Shown in pieces: positions 1 through 7,730 of a DNA stretch of 20,108 bases (positions are counted from its first letter, which is position 1; each line of letters begins with the position of its first letter). The stretch is from the IMG/VR virus record IMGVR_UViG_3300028024_000003; one strand, 5' to 3'. A program made the translations under genes and the position numbers. The notes under the pieces were generated by a model. The model was not told the origin of the DNA. It made no database searches and saw nothing but the letters and a program-made list of their open reading frames with translations. The DNA is from a virus.

Positions 1-43
1 CACCAACGGGTTCAAGCTTCGGGAGATCGGGAATCTGACTCAT
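1..43 (-). CDS. 5' start of putative IS66 TnpA accessory protein (MSQIPDLPKLEPVG..., partial)
   Basis: ATG at 43 directly follows the GGTGGACACC palindrome arm and the frame stays open to the window edge. Only 14 codons are visible. Confidence 0.5.
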   Translation of the reverse strand, partial: MSQIPDLPKLEPVG

Positions 44-126
44 GAGGTGTCCACCTGTTCATTAGGTGGACACCAGCATGACCTGGCCCCCGTCCCGACG
101 AAAGAGCGTGAACATTGATCGCTTAC
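1..126 (-). mobile_element. Left end of an IS66-family insertion sequence (continues beyond the window start)
   Basis: The minus strand from 126 reads GTAAGCGATCAATGTTCAC, matching the GTAA/GTAAGCG termini of IS66. An internal palindrome GGTGTCCACCT...AGGTGGACACC (46-56/64-74) sits just before an ATG at 43, an arrangement I recall upstream of IS66 tnpA. The junction falls where the ArdC-like ORF is cut short. Confidence 0.7.
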
Positions 127-529
127 GCATGAACTTGGTAAACTTCACCTTGCCCTTGCCTTTCTCATCCTCGTCGTCTTCGCCCTTCTTGGCACGAATG
201 GGAACCGGCATGATGAGCGCAATACTGGCCTTCTGCCCCTTCTGCACCGGGCGTTCAGCACTGAGCCAGCCCTTGAAGGTGTTGATGGGCAGAAGCGGCA
301 AACCTGCAGCGCGAAGCTGCGAGCTCGCCAGCCAGCGATTGGCCAGACTGTAGTTGTGGAAGAACTGATGCGCCGCAGCCAGTTGACCCGGCTCGTGCAC
401 AGCATCCACAAGCAGCTCATACCAGTCAGGCGTGTCGACGCGAGGTGCTGCGGCCGCGGGAGCGGCTGCGGGTGCTTCGACCTCCGACTGCTCAACTGCG
501 AGGGAACCAGCCTGTTGAATCGCTTCCAT
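62..529 (-). pseudogene. ArdC-like ssDNA-binding/antirestriction protein N-terminal domain, truncated by IS66 (native part 127-529)
   Basis: GGAG RBS before ATG 529. Motifs FHNYSLANRWL..Q, TFKGW...RPVQKGQKA..LIMP resemble the ArdC N-terminal (DUF1738-like) domain. The last ~20 codons are read from IS sequence. Confidence 0.65.
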
Positions 530-677
530 GATATTCACTCCGTATTGTCGCGCGTGCAGACATCGACAGCGACTGCCGTCTATGTAACCGCGCATTTCAC
601 GATATATATTGCCTGCCCTTTGTATAGGCTCAGGAGCACCCCCATCGTGATAGACTTTCAGCCACAAGGAGGGTTTT

Positions 678-1127
678 ATGCCGAGAGTTTCGATACAGCA
701 CCTGATTCGTGAGAGCCTGGGTCGGCCAATCCGGCACAACGTGCAATTGACTGGCGCGTACACCGGGCGACCAGGAGTGACGGCCGTCATCTCGCGGGAG
801 CGCAAATTGGGGTGGTGTCTGCTGGCTGACCATCCGGATAATCGCGGCGTCAGCGTGACGAATGGCGCGCTGGAGTATGCAGAGGCCATCTGCCGAGCGC
901 TAGAGTGCAGTCTGGTCGACCTCGCGTGGTTCGAACTGGACTCGGAAGGCAAGTTCGATGAGCTTCACGTGCACGGCGCAAGCGCGGGATTTGCGGCTCT
1001 CATCGAGGATGGCTGCGCCCCGAGGTCGTGGGAGGCATTTTCCGCCAGAGTCGCGCGACTGCCGGGCGGGTTTCCCGATGAGGCCGCCGTGTCCGTGAAG
1101 GCCTGCCTCGATACCTTCAAGCTTTGA
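678..1127 (+). CDS. Hypothetical protein (149 aa)
   Basis: Strong RBS AAGGAGG before the ATG, protein-like composition, divergent from the ArdC-like gene and followed by a hairpin. Confidence 0.75.
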   Translation: MPRVSIQHLIRESLGRPIRHNVQLTGAYTGRPGVTAVISRERKLGWCLLADHPDNRGVSVTNGALEYAEAICRALECSLVDLAWFELDSEGKFDELHVHGASAGFAALIEDGCAPRSWEAFSARVARLPGGFPDEAAVSVKACLDTFKL

Positions 1128-1130
1128 CAC

Positions 1131-1164
1131 AAGAAAAAAGAAACCCTCCAAAAAATGGAGGGTT
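1131..1164 (-). terminator. Intrinsic terminator for the acidic peptide gene
   Basis: Stem AACCCTCCA/TGGAGGGTT (1142-1150/1156-1164) with a T-rich tract after it on the minus strand. Confidence 0.7.
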
Positions 1165-1185
1165 CCAAGAGAAGTTTGCGCGACG

Positions 1186-1308
1186 TTAGTCGTCGTCGTC
1201 TTCGATGGTGTTATCGGCGTCGTTGTCTTCGAACAGGGCCTGAGCAGCATCACGACGGTCCATATCCGCCACGATTGCATTCACGTCCACACCGTAATCA
1301 TCGTACAT
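1186..1308 (-). CDS. 40-aa highly acidic small protein MYDDYGVDVNAIVADMDRRDAAQALFEDNDADNTIEDDDD (absent from the ORF track)
   Basis: Translated by hand. RBS GAGAGGA before ATG 1308, TAA at 1188-1186, and a minus-strand terminator directly downstream. Confidence 0.75.
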   Translation of the reverse strand: MYDDYGVDVNAIVADMDRRDAAQALFEDNDADNTIEDDDD

Positions 1309-1430
1309 AACTGTTTCCTCTCATTAGAAGCAGCGAAAACCACTGCATTCTTGTATAGCGCGCTGTTTCGTGATACACAGTCACTCACCACTGACATTTC
1401 AAATATGCCCAGTGATATAAGGAGAGTTTC

Positions 1431-1718
1431 ATGCACAAAACTGATTTGGTAGCGCAGGTAGCAGAAAAGACTGGCCAACCGGCCAAGGTCGTATCGGCCG
1501 TCGTCGATGCGGTGTTTGAATCCATCACCGACACGGTCGCCGCGGGCGAGCAGGTCACGCTCGTGGGCTTTGGGTCCTTCTCGAGCACGAGCCGTGCAGC
1601 GCGCACGGGGCGCAACCCGTCCACGGGTGAGGAGATGCAGATTGCCGCATCTACTGCGCCGAAGTTCAGCGCAGGCAGCGGGTTCAAGAACAAGGTGAAG
1701 AACGGAACGGCCGGCTGA
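1431..1718 (+). CDS. hup: HU family DNA-binding protein
   Basis: MHKTDLV..VA, VTLVGFGSF and ARTGRNPSTGEEMQI...PKF signature; RBS AAGGAG. Confidence 0.96.
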   Translation: MHKTDLVAQVAEKTGQPAKVVSAVVDAVFESITDTVAAGEQVTLVGFGSFSSTSRAARTGRNPSTGEEMQIAASTAPKFSAGSGFKNKVKNGTAG

Positions 1719-1722
1719 AGGC

Positions 1723-1758
1723 AAAAAAAAAGCCCGATGAGCGTTGAACTCATCGGGC
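1723..1758 (-). terminator. Intrinsic terminator, U-tract on the minus strand
   Basis: 10-bp stem GCCCGATGAG/CTCATCGGGC (1732-1741/1749-1758) followed by T9 on the minus strand. Confidence 0.85.
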
Positions 1759-1855
1759 AAAAGTCGCAAGGAGAGCACAGCGCTCAAATCCCGTTGACTC
1801 AGTCGTTGCCGACCACGGAGGAAAACCAGACAGTTAACTAACTACAAACTCTATG
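1723..1855 (-). ncRNA. Candidate ~130-nt small regulatory RNA with C/U-rich anti-Shine-Dalgarno-like motifs
   Basis: Bracketed by a perfect sigma70 promoter and a strong terminator, with no convincing ORF between them. Contains UUUUCCUCC and CUCUCCUU. The 5' end is estimated. Confidence 0.6.
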
Positions 1856-1861
1856 TTTAAC

Positions 1862-1890
1862 ATTATATTATTTTGAGCGTTAACTGTCAA
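1862..1890 (-). promoter_or_regulatory. Consensus sigma70 promoter
   Basis: TTGACA (1890-1885), 17-bp spacer, TATAAT (1867-1862). Confidence 0.9.
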
Positions 1891-1908
1891 GTGGTCATGC
1901 AATAGTTG

Positions 1909-2319
1909 TCAAGCGTGCAGGCTGAGACGGGCTTTCTTGCTGAATTGTTCGGCCAGCACGACGCAGGGTGAGCGCCAGAATGCATCACACGCCATCTCGC
2001 TCAGCTCCGCCCAGCTCAGGTGGGAGGCAACTTCAATGAGGAACTCGGGTCGCTCGCGCAGGATGGGCAGCACCTGGATGAGCAGATGCGTCATTGGCTC
2101 CGAGCCGGGAATCTGGATGCGGCTGGCGGCCTTGATGGCCAGGTCGGGCGCCCGCAGCTGGAAGCAGCTTCCTTCGGGAAACGAGACCTCGACGGACCGA
2201 TAAGGCATGGTGCGCCAGAACGGCAAGGCCTTCGCGGCCTGGAGAAACTGGGGTGACGGGCTGGCGACGCAGCTGCGCGCCGGCCTGCCGGACTGCTGTT
2301 GATGGTTGAGGTTGAACAT
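1909..2319 (-). CDS. Hypothetical protein (136 aa)
   Basis: Fills the gap in a minus-strand gene run and has a promoter-like element upstream. RBS is weak and there is no recognisable motif. Confidence 0.55.
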   Translation of the reverse strand: MFNLNHQQQSGRPARSCVASPSPQFLQAAKALPFWRTMPYRSVEVSFPEGSCFQLRAPDLAIKAASRIQIPGSEPMTHLLIQVLPILRERPEFLIEVASHLSWAELSEMACDAFWRSPCVVLAEQFSKKARLSLHA

Positions 2320-2348
2320 GGTTGGACCAGGGTGGTGCTGTAAGGCTT

Positions 2349-2377
2349 AGTATACTGATTAGGCCCGAAAGTAACAA
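2349..2377 (-). promoter_or_regulatory. Putative sigma70 promoter
   Basis: TTGTTA, 17-bp spacer, TATACT. Confidence 0.5.
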
Positions 2378-2386
2378 CTTTCTTAC

Positions 2387-2412
2387 AATAAAGCCCACCT
2401 CGCGGGTGGGCT
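2387..2412 (-). terminator. Putative terminator after the dNMP kinase
   Basis: Stem AGCCCACC/GGTGGGCT followed by a short T-rich tract on the minus strand. Confidence 0.55.
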
Positions 2413-2424
2413 CGCGAAACTGAG

Positions 2425-3075
2425 TCAGTGGAAGGACCGGAGCACGGCGCGACGGAGGCGGTCGAGGCCAGCGGTACCCTCTTCATTCAGGAATTCCTCC
2501 CTGATGGGGTAATCCAGCATCGCGACTTCCGACGAGTGCAACAGCGCCTTGTCGTTCGAACCACCCAGGCCCGGGCGCACGACGCGGCGCAGCTCGCCAC
2601 CGAGTTCGTTCTCGACGAGATGCCCTTCGTCCGGAAAACGTACGTCGGTGATGACGAATTTCTTGCGCGGATTGGCGCGGACGAAATCCGCGACCTGCGC
2701 GCGCCAGTAATCGTCGCGGAAGGTCATGCGGCGATATTCCGTGCCCCAGTATTGGAGCACTTCGCGCGGGCTGCGCGGCTTGCGCAGGAACGCCGCAATC
2801 CTGCGACTATCCTGGCCGAGGCGCAGGCCCGCTTGCGTGAGCAGGACCGCCACGAACAGCTGGTCCTTGCAGTTCGCCAGCGCCAGCTCGGGCTGTGGCA
2901 GCTCTTTCGACTCGCGGCGCTGCAGGAACTCGACGGTTACACCGAACGCCTGCGCGACTTCGAGGTACAGCGCATCGGCAAACGCAATGCGCGTCCAGCC
3001 TTGTGCGACGAGAAACTGGGCGACGGTATCCTTTCCGGAGCCGCGAATGCCCACCAGACCAACTACTCTATGCAT
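2425..3075 (-). CDS. Phage-type deoxynucleoside monophosphate kinase
   Basis: P-loop GLVGIRGSGKDT plus FADAL, PREVLQYWGTE, VITDVRFPDE and HSSE motifs of T4 gp1-like dNMP kinases. Confidence 0.88.
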   Translation of the reverse strand: MHRVVGLVGIRGSGKDTVAQFLVAQGWTRIAFADALYLEVAQAFGVTVEFLQRRESKELPQPELALANCKDQLFVAVLLTQAGLRLGQDSRRIAAFLRKPRSPREVLQYWGTEYRRMTFRDDYWRAQVADFVRANPRKKFVITDVRFPDEGHLVENELGGELRRVVRPGLGGSNDKALLHSSEVAMLDYPIREEFLNEEGTAGLDRLRRAVLRSFH

Positions 3076-3086
3076 GATGGAATCCT

Positions 3087-3569
3087 TCAGATGGGGCGGC
3101 CACGAGTGCCGTTAAGTTCGTTCTTCGCCAACTTGATTTGCACGGCCTTCTCGAGGTCGATGCCGTACAGGTCGGCGATGTAGACAACGCGCGCGACAAG
3201 GCGGCCCATGCCTTCACCGAAGTCAGGGCCGAGCTGAGGTTTGCGTGCGGTATTGCTCCAGAGGGCGTATTCGACGAGCACTTCGCCCATACGCTCAGGA
3301 GCGGTGATGCCCCGCCATTCCGGCTGGGCATTGATGACTTGCAGCGTGAGGTCGACCTTCTCAGTGCAGGCAAGGTCGACACAGCGCAGGATAATGTCGG
3401 CGAGTTCTTCGCCGAATCGCGTCAGGTCGATGACGTCGTAGCATTCGTCGGTGGCTTCACCGATTTCGGAAGCAATGAGCGACAGGCTCTCGAGCACTGT
3501 CTTGTTATGCCAGCCCATGCGCTCTACCCACGCCCAATGTTTGTAGGCAATTGCGTCAAAATCAATCAC
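3087..3569 (-). CDS. MazG-like NTP pyrophosphohydrolase with a duplicated domain
   Basis: LIASEIGEATDE and EELADIILR metal-binding motifs, and C-terminal GIDLEKAVQIKLAKN. Start taken as GTG 3569 (uncertain); the longer ORF overlaps the upstream gene. Confidence 0.8.
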   Translation of the reverse strand: MIDFDAIAYKHWAWVERMGWHNKTVLESLSLIASEIGEATDECYDVIDLTRFGEELADIILRCVDLACTEKVDLTLQVINAQPEWRGITAPERMGEVLVEYALWSNTARKPQLGPDFGEGMGRLVARVVYIADLYGIDLEKAVQIKLAKNELNGTRGRPI

Positions 3570-3622
3570 GATGGTCTTTGTTTGGTGAAATATTGGTATA
3601 GGAAACAACGCGACTTTCGCGC

Positions 3623-3928
3623 TCACCAGCGCAGTGGCTTGCCTTTTCGGCCGCGGCGCGGCGGACCATAGCCGGCGCGTGGCAAGTCCTCCGCCTGCAG
3701 AACGACGTCCGGGCACTCCACGGGCCGCACGAGCTCGGCAATCGCGAGAGGGAAATCCTGCGGGTCGGCGAGCACGGGCTCCCCTGACGGGGGCAGGTCG
3801 CGAATGTCGGTAACGAGCTGTACGGTCGCCCGCCCGTCGAGCTTCTGCGCCAGCAGCGCGGCCATGGCTACGACGTCGGCGTCGGGGTCGTCGGGCGCGA
3901 ACACCACGATGTGCGGCAACTCAGCCAC
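3623..3928 (-). CDS. Hypothetical protein (~101 aa)
   Basis: GTG start overlaps the stop of the upstream gene, suggesting translational coupling. Corresponds to the distal part of the 3623..4102 ORF. Confidence 0.6.
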   Translation of the reverse strand: MAELPHIVVFAPDDPDADVVAMAALLAQKLDGRATVQLVTDIRDLPPSGEPVLADPQDFPLAIAELVRPVECPDVVLQAEDLPRAGYGPPRRGRKGKPLRW

Positions 3929-4397
3929 GTTTCCGCTCGGTGGCGCCATACTGGACGACGGCTTCCATGACGCTTTTGGTCCAGCGCTTGGCCACGTCGT
4001 CAATAAAGAGCTGGCGCTGCTTGGGCGTCTGCTTCTCCGGGTCGATGGTGTATGCCAGCCGCCCCGCCCAGTAGACGGCGAACTGACCATTCGGGCCAGC
4101 AATGACGACGGTGTAGGCCGGCGTCATCGCCGCGCCGCCAATGCCACCAAAGCCCAGCGAGGTCGAGCCCCAGGTCTGGGCGAACATGGCATAGACCTCG
4201 CACTCGTCCGGACGCGGGCGCCGAACCACTTCCTTCTCTGGAATGGTGTTATTGCGCCGGGCTTCCTCGGCGAGCTTCGGGTCCATGCGCCGCCACGCGT
4301 CGAAGTCGCGGGCGAGATAATGGAAGTCGGGCAGAGCCACGTGCGCCGCGTGATGGACGGCACTGGCCACCGCGTCGATAGGCGACGACAGTTCCAT
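3921..4397 (-). CDS. Hypothetical protein (158 aa) with an F.QTWGSTSLGFGGIGG motif
   Basis: RBS GAAGGA, protein-like sequence, first gene of the minus-strand operon. Confidence 0.8.
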   Translation of the reverse strand: MELSSPIDAVASAVHHAAHVALPDFHYLARDFDAWRRMDPKLAEEARRNNTIPEKEVVRRPRPDECEVYAMFAQTWGSTSLGFGGIGGAAMTPAYTVVIAGPNGQFAVYWAGRLAYTIDPEKQTPKQRQLFIDDVAKRWTKSVMEAVVQYGATERKRG

Positions 4398-4475
4398 GGG
4401 ATTCCTTCAATTGGATGACGGAATTAATATACCATGAAATGCGTTATATGCCTACTTTGTGGCTGCGCCGCCAAT

Positions 4476-4506
4476 AAAAAAGCCTCCCGCGGTTAGCAGG
4501 AGGCTT
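4476..4506 (-). terminator. Intrinsic terminator after the four-domain fusion gene
   Basis: AAGCCTCC/GGAGGCTT stem with a T-tract on the minus strand. Confidence 0.75.
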
Positions 4507-4532
4507 GAGAGAGCGTTAGCTCGGTGGTTGAT

Positions 4533-6284
4533 TCAGAACAGACAGCCTTGCACCGCTTGCGGAGCGACCCACTCGCGGCCGTCAGCGCGCGCCGCCAGCA
4601 CTTCGCCGTGACACAGGTTGTGCACGTTGTCGCGGCTTTTACACCAGCAGCCTAGCGTCTTGCCCTTGAGCAGGTACACGTCGGCCAGCAGCTCCTGGTT
4701 GCCCAGCAGGTCTTCGGCGAAGTCAGCTACTGCCGTTTCGCGCGTACGATTGCTGTCGACCTTGTGCGGGTTGTGCCATTTGGAGTGCGGATAGTCCGAA
4801 CCCATCTGGCGCCCGATATAGACGTCGAACGGAGCCTCCTTCACGTGCACGACCCGGGTGACAGGTCCGCGGCCGGTCTTTGCCTTCACGTAGCCGTGAA
4901 TCAGGTTCCGGATGAACCGGGACCCATGGCCCTGACCTTCCCATGCCTGGAAGCGTTCCGACTTGGCCTGCGTGAAATGGCTGCATTTCTCCAGCCACGC
5001 CACACCGCCGTTCTTAGTCACGAGGTCATACAGCTTGGTGTTCTGAATAAACTTGAGCGCGATGATGTCAATCATCAGGCCGTCGTTGTACTCATCCTCA
5101 CCCGGAGCCTTCAGCGACTGATAGGCCGCTTCGGAATCCGGGTACGTCACACCATTGATTTTCACGGGATACGGGTGCTTGATGCCGCCCTTCTCCCGCG
5201 CACGCTCTGACATGTTCGTCAGCGCGCCACCAAGCCCCGGAGCACCGCTCCAGATATTGATGGCTGCTGCGACCTGCGGTGTTTCCGCCACCGTGAGCCA
5301 CGGCTTCCAGTCTTCCGGAAAGCTGCAGTTCGCCGGCGCCGCAGAAAACATCGGCGCTACCTCCTTGTCTTCGTAGCCGGCCAGACCGCAGCCGATACGG
5401 GTGACGAAGAAGTGTTCATCGGGATGTGCTTTCGCATACTCGATAAATTCGTCGACGAAAGGCTTGATGGCAGCCAGGGGAAGGGTCTGTTTCGGGTCAT
5501 TGAACGATGGACGCTCGATACCCGGAAGCGGCCGGCCATCCTTTGTGGGGATGCCGTAGCTTTGACCCTGACGCCCGGGACCCACGCCCGGTTTCGCGCC
5601 AAACTGCTCCCTGGCGACAGCTGCCGCGCCCTTGCCGTGACGACCAGCGAGGTTCGAGCCAAACACGAACACCTGATTTTCGAGTTCGGTCGGCAGCGAC
5701 CCGTCGTTATGGAAGTCCCAGCCCTTGCCCTTCATCAGCACAGCAGCCTCGCCCTCGAGCTCGGCACGAATCGCGGCGGCCGTAGCCGTCATTTCCGTGC
5801 CTTGCGCGTTGCGGCGACGAAACCGCGCCGGGTAGTGGCCCAGTGCAGGGACACCCAGGGCGATTGCCGCGACCAGGCCCGCCTGGTCGATGCCCGTCTG
5901 TCCGCCGGAGCGAATGAGCGTGAGCTTCACGGCTCGCAATACGACCGCGAGAACGCTGTGCACCCACGCATTCGCGCGCTCCTGGTTGACCCCGTGCTCG
6001 GCGAGCGTGTAGATGCCGTTTCCCGCCACGTTCAGCGTGCTGCCGTTACGCTCGACGATGAACGCGATGAGCCGAGCCGCTGCTTCGGATACGTCGATTC
6101 CGAAGGGAATACCGACGTAGCGAAACCCAGCCAGGCGCTTCGTGAGCTTCTCGCCTGCCGTGCCGAAGTCCGTGGCGAAGGCAACTGTAACGTCGGCTCC
6201 CATCGCGTTGTCCGTCGTGCGCGGCACATAGCTGTATTCCGCGTGCGCCTGAAGGCGCAGTTCTGCTGTTTTCATCTTCTGCAT
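4533..6284 (-). CDS. Multidomain protein: SLOG (YpsA/MoCo-carrier-like) + Macro-like (A1S_2505-type) + NADAR-like + DUF4326 (583 aa)
   Basis: RBS CAGGAG before ATG 6284. Motifs: Y.PRT..N, LNVAGN, SGGQTGIDQAGL; VFVFGSNLAGRHGKGAA, SYGIPT, FVTRIGCGLAG; LTN...PVKINGVTYPDSEAAYQSLK; VYIGR, KWHNP, LKGKTLGCWC, CHGEVL. Confidence 0.8.
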   Translation of the reverse strand: MQKMKTAELRLQAHAEYSYVPRTTDNAMGADVTVAFATDFGTAGEKLTKRLAGFRYVGIPFGIDVSEAAARLIAFIVERNGSTLNVAGNGIYTLAEHGVNQERANAWVHSVLAVVLRAVKLTLIRSGGQTGIDQAGLVAAIALGVPALGHYPARFRRRNAQGTEMTATAAAIRAELEGEAAVLMKGKGWDFHNDGSLPTELENQVFVFGSNLAGRHGKGAAAVAREQFGAKPGVGPGRQGQSYGIPTKDGRPLPGIERPSFNDPKQTLPLAAIKPFVDEFIEYAKAHPDEHFFVTRIGCGLAGYEDKEVAPMFSAAPANCSFPEDWKPWLTVAETPQVAAAINIWSGAPGLGGALTNMSERAREKGGIKHPYPVKINGVTYPDSEAAYQSLKAPGEDEYNDGLMIDIIALKFIQNTKLYDLVTKNGGVAWLEKCSHFTQAKSERFQAWEGQGHGSRFIRNLIHGYVKAKTGRGPVTRVVHVKEAPFDVYIGRQMGSDYPHSKWHNPHKVDSNRTRETAVADFAEDLLGNQELLADVYLLKGKTLGCWCKSRDNVHNLCHGEVLAARADGREWVAPQAVQGCLF

Positions 6285-6484
6285 GGATTGCTCCTGTACG
6301 TAGTTTTTCCTAAGTCTGTATAGGGCGATACGGTCTCCTCGGCGCCGTACAGGACCTTGCGCGCCCCGCATCCCGCCACATCACGCGAGAGCCTTGCTGG
6401 ACGGGCCTCGCGGCGACCTATACCGAATGTCGATTGACACACTCGGCTACGTGGCCATACATTTGAATAAGGAAAAACAGGAAA

Positions 6485-7135
6485 ATGTCGTTCGGATTTT
6501 TTGTGATGCTTGGTTTGTTCGCCGTGAACGTGATGACGCCTGGCGCATCGTTTGTGCTCACCGTCACCAACGCGATGACGCACGGCCGTCGGTCTGGTCT
6601 GCTCATCGCGCTTGGCCTGTCGAGCGCAGACACCGTGTTTGCCGCTATGGCCGCCGCGGGTCTTGCAGCGCTGGTCGCTCAAAACATCCTGGTGGTAAAA
6701 GCCATCAGTCTTCTGGGCGGCATGTGGTTCATATACGGTGGTGTTCGCTTGATACTCAAGCAGAAGGCCACTCAACTGCCGCAGGAAGCGCTCAAAACGG
6801 CGGGCGATTTGTCCGTGAGCCTGGCCTACCGGCTCGGCCTCACGGCGGGAATGGTGAATGCGCAAGCCATCATCTTTTTTTCCACGGCCTTCCTTGCTGC
6901 ACTCTCTGCCCGCCCCAGCGTTCGTGAAGCCCTCACGCTCGTGATTGGCGTTGCAGGTGTTAGCGCCATTACACGTTGCAGTATCGTTGCGGTGTTCACG
7001 ACCAAGACCGTTATGCACCTGTACACGGCTCAGCGCCGCAAGGTAGAGACTGTTTCCGGCGGCATGCTCGCAATTTTCGGCGTTAAACTCGCAGCACCCG
7101 CTGCAATGGTTATCTCGCATGTGATGCTCAACTGA
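6485..7135 (+). CDS. LysE/RhtB family translocator
   Basis: Hydrophobic 216-aa protein with TPGASF, GRRSGL..ALG and NAQAIIFF (an NPK-like position). Confidence 0.88.
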   Translation: MSFGFFVMLGLFAVNVMTPGASFVLTVTNAMTHGRRSGLLIALGLSSADTVFAAMAAAGLAALVAQNILVVKAISLLGGMWFIYGGVRLILKQKATQLPQEALKTAGDLSVSLAYRLGLTAGMVNAQAIIFFSTAFLAALSARPSVREALTLVIGVAGVSAITRCSIVAVFTTKTVMHLYTAQRRKVETVSGGMLAIFGVKLAAPAAMVISHVMLN

Positions 7136-7154
7136 ACTGGCCAACCAGTAACTC

Positions 7155-7180
7155 AAAGCCCAGCGTTTGCTGGGCTTTTT
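7155..7180. terminator. Terminator between convergent genes, likely bidirectional
   Basis: AAAGCCCAGC-GTTT-GCTGGGCTTTTT. Confidence 0.8.
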
Positions 7181-7212
7181 CTATGTGAGCCTCCAACATG
7201 ACGCGAGCACAA

Positions 7213-7698
7213 TCAGTTTTGCTGCGGAAAAATTTGGATTCTTTGCCTACTTGGCATTGGCCTTCCACCGGCAGTGGTCGGAGGTTTTGGTTCAACCAAA
7301 TACAAAGCGACCAGAGTGTCATCGAATTGAAGAATCAGCTGACCACCGTAAAGCGGCCTGCCTGCAAGCAGGCGAGCCACCTCGATGGTGGCTTCATGCT
7401 GAACATCTCTCGAATCAATCCAACGAACAACCATGGGCGTGTCGGCCAGTGGGGTAGTGGTCGACATAAGCGGCCCAAATCGGCTGCAGAGAGGAAAAGA
7501 AATCTTTCCGTGTCGAGCGATTACGCCCATATCTTTCCAGTCGATGGTGACATCGTGAACACACGATACTGGCTCTTCGGCTTCAATCCAGAAATCCCAA
7601 AGAGAAACGCTCTTGGGCTCGAACAAAGCTGCTGAATGTGCTGCGATTGGCGCAATCAACGCGGTAAGCACTAATGCGGAAAAGAATTTGTTCATCAC
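7213..7698 (-). CDS. Hypothetical exported protein
   Basis: Signal-peptide-like N-terminus (MMNKFFSALVLTALIAPIAAHSA); the ORF ends just before the shared terminator. Confidence 0.6.
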   Translation of the reverse strand: MMNKFFSALVLTALIAPIAAHSAALFEPKSVSLWDFWIEAEEPVSCVHDVTIDWKDMGVIARHGKISFPLCSRFGPLMSTTTPLADTPMVVRWIDSRDVQHEATIEVARLLAGRPLYGGQLILQFDDTLVALYLVEPKPPTTAGGRPMPSRQRIQIFPQQN

Positions 7699-7730
7699 CG
7701 ACTGCGACAGAAGGTTAGTTATATAGCTAT

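Noticed and set aside
530-952. N-terminal extension of the 62..952 ORF, and similar extensions of 3087..3716, 4533..6371, 14133..15494 and 18229..18654
   Set aside because: The extensions overlap neighbouring genes or intergenic regulatory DNA; internal starts fit better, most with a clear RBS.
900-1280. 126-aa minus-strand ORF from the track
   Set aside because: It crosses a terminator and overlaps the 678..1127 gene; the 1186..1308 frame has the RBS and correct terminator position.
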